A stretch of 64,000 nt of DNA from Flaccisagitta enflata (taxonomy: Eukaryota), in the NCBI GenBank assembly GCA_965153355.1, contig OZ231126.1, positions 7,502,001-7,566,000 on the forward strand, written 5' to 3'. The notes below the pieces were generated by a model. The model was not told where the DNA came from. It saw only the letters and a list, made by a program, of their open reading frames with translations, and did no database searches. This document shows, one piece after another, positions 62,916 through 64,000 of the stretch (its first letter is position 1; the number at the start of each line of letters is the position of its first letter). A program made the position numbers and the translations under genes.

Positions 62916-64000
62916 ATGAGTAAAACAAACGGCCAAGACGATCATCCACACGTCTCCTCCTTTGATCCATCCTTCCTGTCATCACCAGCTCGTCGTCGTT
63001 ACAGACCAGCATCCCCATTAGATGAAGACGAAGGACCAAGTAATCATTTCTCCTTTCAGTCCACCCAAGTGCCATCCTTGCTTGACATTGACGTCCGCAA
63101 CGGGGTCAGGTCTTACCCTGACCAAGCAACAGCACCAACTGCAGCATCAGCCCCAGCAACAGCCGACAGAATGAGTGCTGAAGAACAGTTGGCCAAGATG
63201 GCCGAGTTGCATTTGGCACAACAAAAACAGATGGATGCAGCCAATGTTTTCGCCAACAGACAAGCTGAGCAGCTACTGGAGTCGCAGAGGCAACTACAGC
63301 AGGCACAGGAGCATATCAAAAAGCTTTCAGATGCCTTTGAATCCCTGTCGACCCGGCAACAGCAGGAACCTCGACCACTCACTCTCACAACAGCTCCAAA
63401 GAAGAAGCCTGAACTGCCCCCCTTTGATAGAAAGAATATCCTGATTTGGATCCGAAGGGTACAAGCAGCATACCAGAGAGTAGGCGTTGTCGATTCCAAG
63501 GATAAGTTTGCTTGGTTAGAAAGCATGTTCCAGGTTGGACTGAATCCAACCATCGACGGCTACATGTATGGAACAAACACAGAAGTTGATTGGACCAACT
63601 TTTTGCAATACTTAAAAGATGAGTATGGTCCAACAAAAAGGCAGAAGGCTCAAAAGCTTATGAGTGATAATCCTCGCCATGATTTGAAGCCATCACAATT
63701 CCTTCAACAACTCCAAGAGGATACCAAGGATGCGACAGTCGACGACATCTTGAAGGAACATGTCCTCAAGACCATTCCTCCCCGGATCCGCGAGATAATG
63801 GGGAAAGAAGTAGAGCAGATGACTGCCAAGGAAGTAGCAAAAGCGGCTGATGATTTTTTCGATCGGCAGGGCAAGCCACTTGAGAAAGCAGTCAACCCTG
63901 TCAATCATGTTTCAAACTCCTCGTCCACTTCCTCCAACGCCGCATCCACGTCCGCCAGCGCCTCTCACTCCTCATCCTCATCCTCCTCGCACTTCACAGC
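62916..64000 (+). CDS. gag: Gag of element F (partial, open at the window end; not in the ORF track)
   Basis: Manual translation: MSKTNGQDDHPHVS..MSAEEQLAKM..KKKPELPPFDRKNILIWIRR..KDEYGPTKRQKAQKLM, homologous to C and D Gag. Confidence 0.92.
   Translation, partial: MSKTNGQDDHPHVSSFDPSFLSSPARRRYRPASPLDEDEGPSNHFSFQSTQVPSLLDIDVRNGVRSYPDQATAPTAASAPATADRMSAEEQLAKMAELHLAQQKQMDAANVFANRQAEQLLESQRQLQQAQEHIKKLSDAFESLSTRQQQEPRPLTLTTAPKKKPELPPFDRKNILIWIRRVQAAYQRVGVVDSKDKFAWLESMFQVGLNPTIDGYMYGTNTEVDWTNFLQYLKDEYGPTKRQKAQKLMSDNPRHDLKPSQFLQQLQEDTKDATVDDILKEHVLKTIPPRIREIMGKEVEQMTAKEVAKAADDFFDRQGKPLEKAVNPVNHVSNSSSTSSNAASTSASASHSSSSSSSHFT

Larger units (their letters stand above)
59689..64000 (+). mobile_element. 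Element F: 5' part of a fifth Ty3/Gypsy family (continues past the window)
   Basis: LTR TGTAGCT..AGCTACA 59689-61069; PBS TGGTGAGCCCGAC 61073-61085; long leader; gag. Confidence 0.94.

Overview
Eukaryotic (probably invertebrate animal) DNA that looks like a subtelomere-to-telomere transition, with the G-rich TTAGGG strand on + (so a chromosome end would lie to the right). Bases 1-17345 are AT-rich, microsatellite-rich and carry short Helentron/DINE-like and MITE-like repeats; I recognise no host gene there. From about 17346 to the window end is an array of six Ty3/Gypsy LTR retrotransposons of the CsRn1 type (Cx2Hx9Cx3C Gag motif, tRNA-Trp-like PBS, 4-bp target duplication), belonging to five distinct families: A (5'-truncated), B (inverted), C, D and E (near-identical) and F (runs off the window). 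They are separated only by 187-438 bp TTAGGG tracts. All five visible proximal junctions sit at the same phase of the repeat (TTAGGGT|LTR), and three distal junctions read CA|GGGTTAG, which points to an LTR-retrotransposon lineage that targets telomeric repeats. The other two distal ends keep PPT or PBS sequence outside the LTR and run straight into telomeric repeat, suggesting one-ended integration or breakage followed by telomerase healing. Lineage oddities: an antisense tRNA-Arg-like Pol III module in the LTRs, a 4-Cys insertion in RT, a DGG protease motif, a conserved integrase C-terminal motif, 171-bp periodic leaders and a conserved GGGAAAC -1 frameshift site. The scrambled middles of the telomeric tracts resemble long-read basecalling errors.
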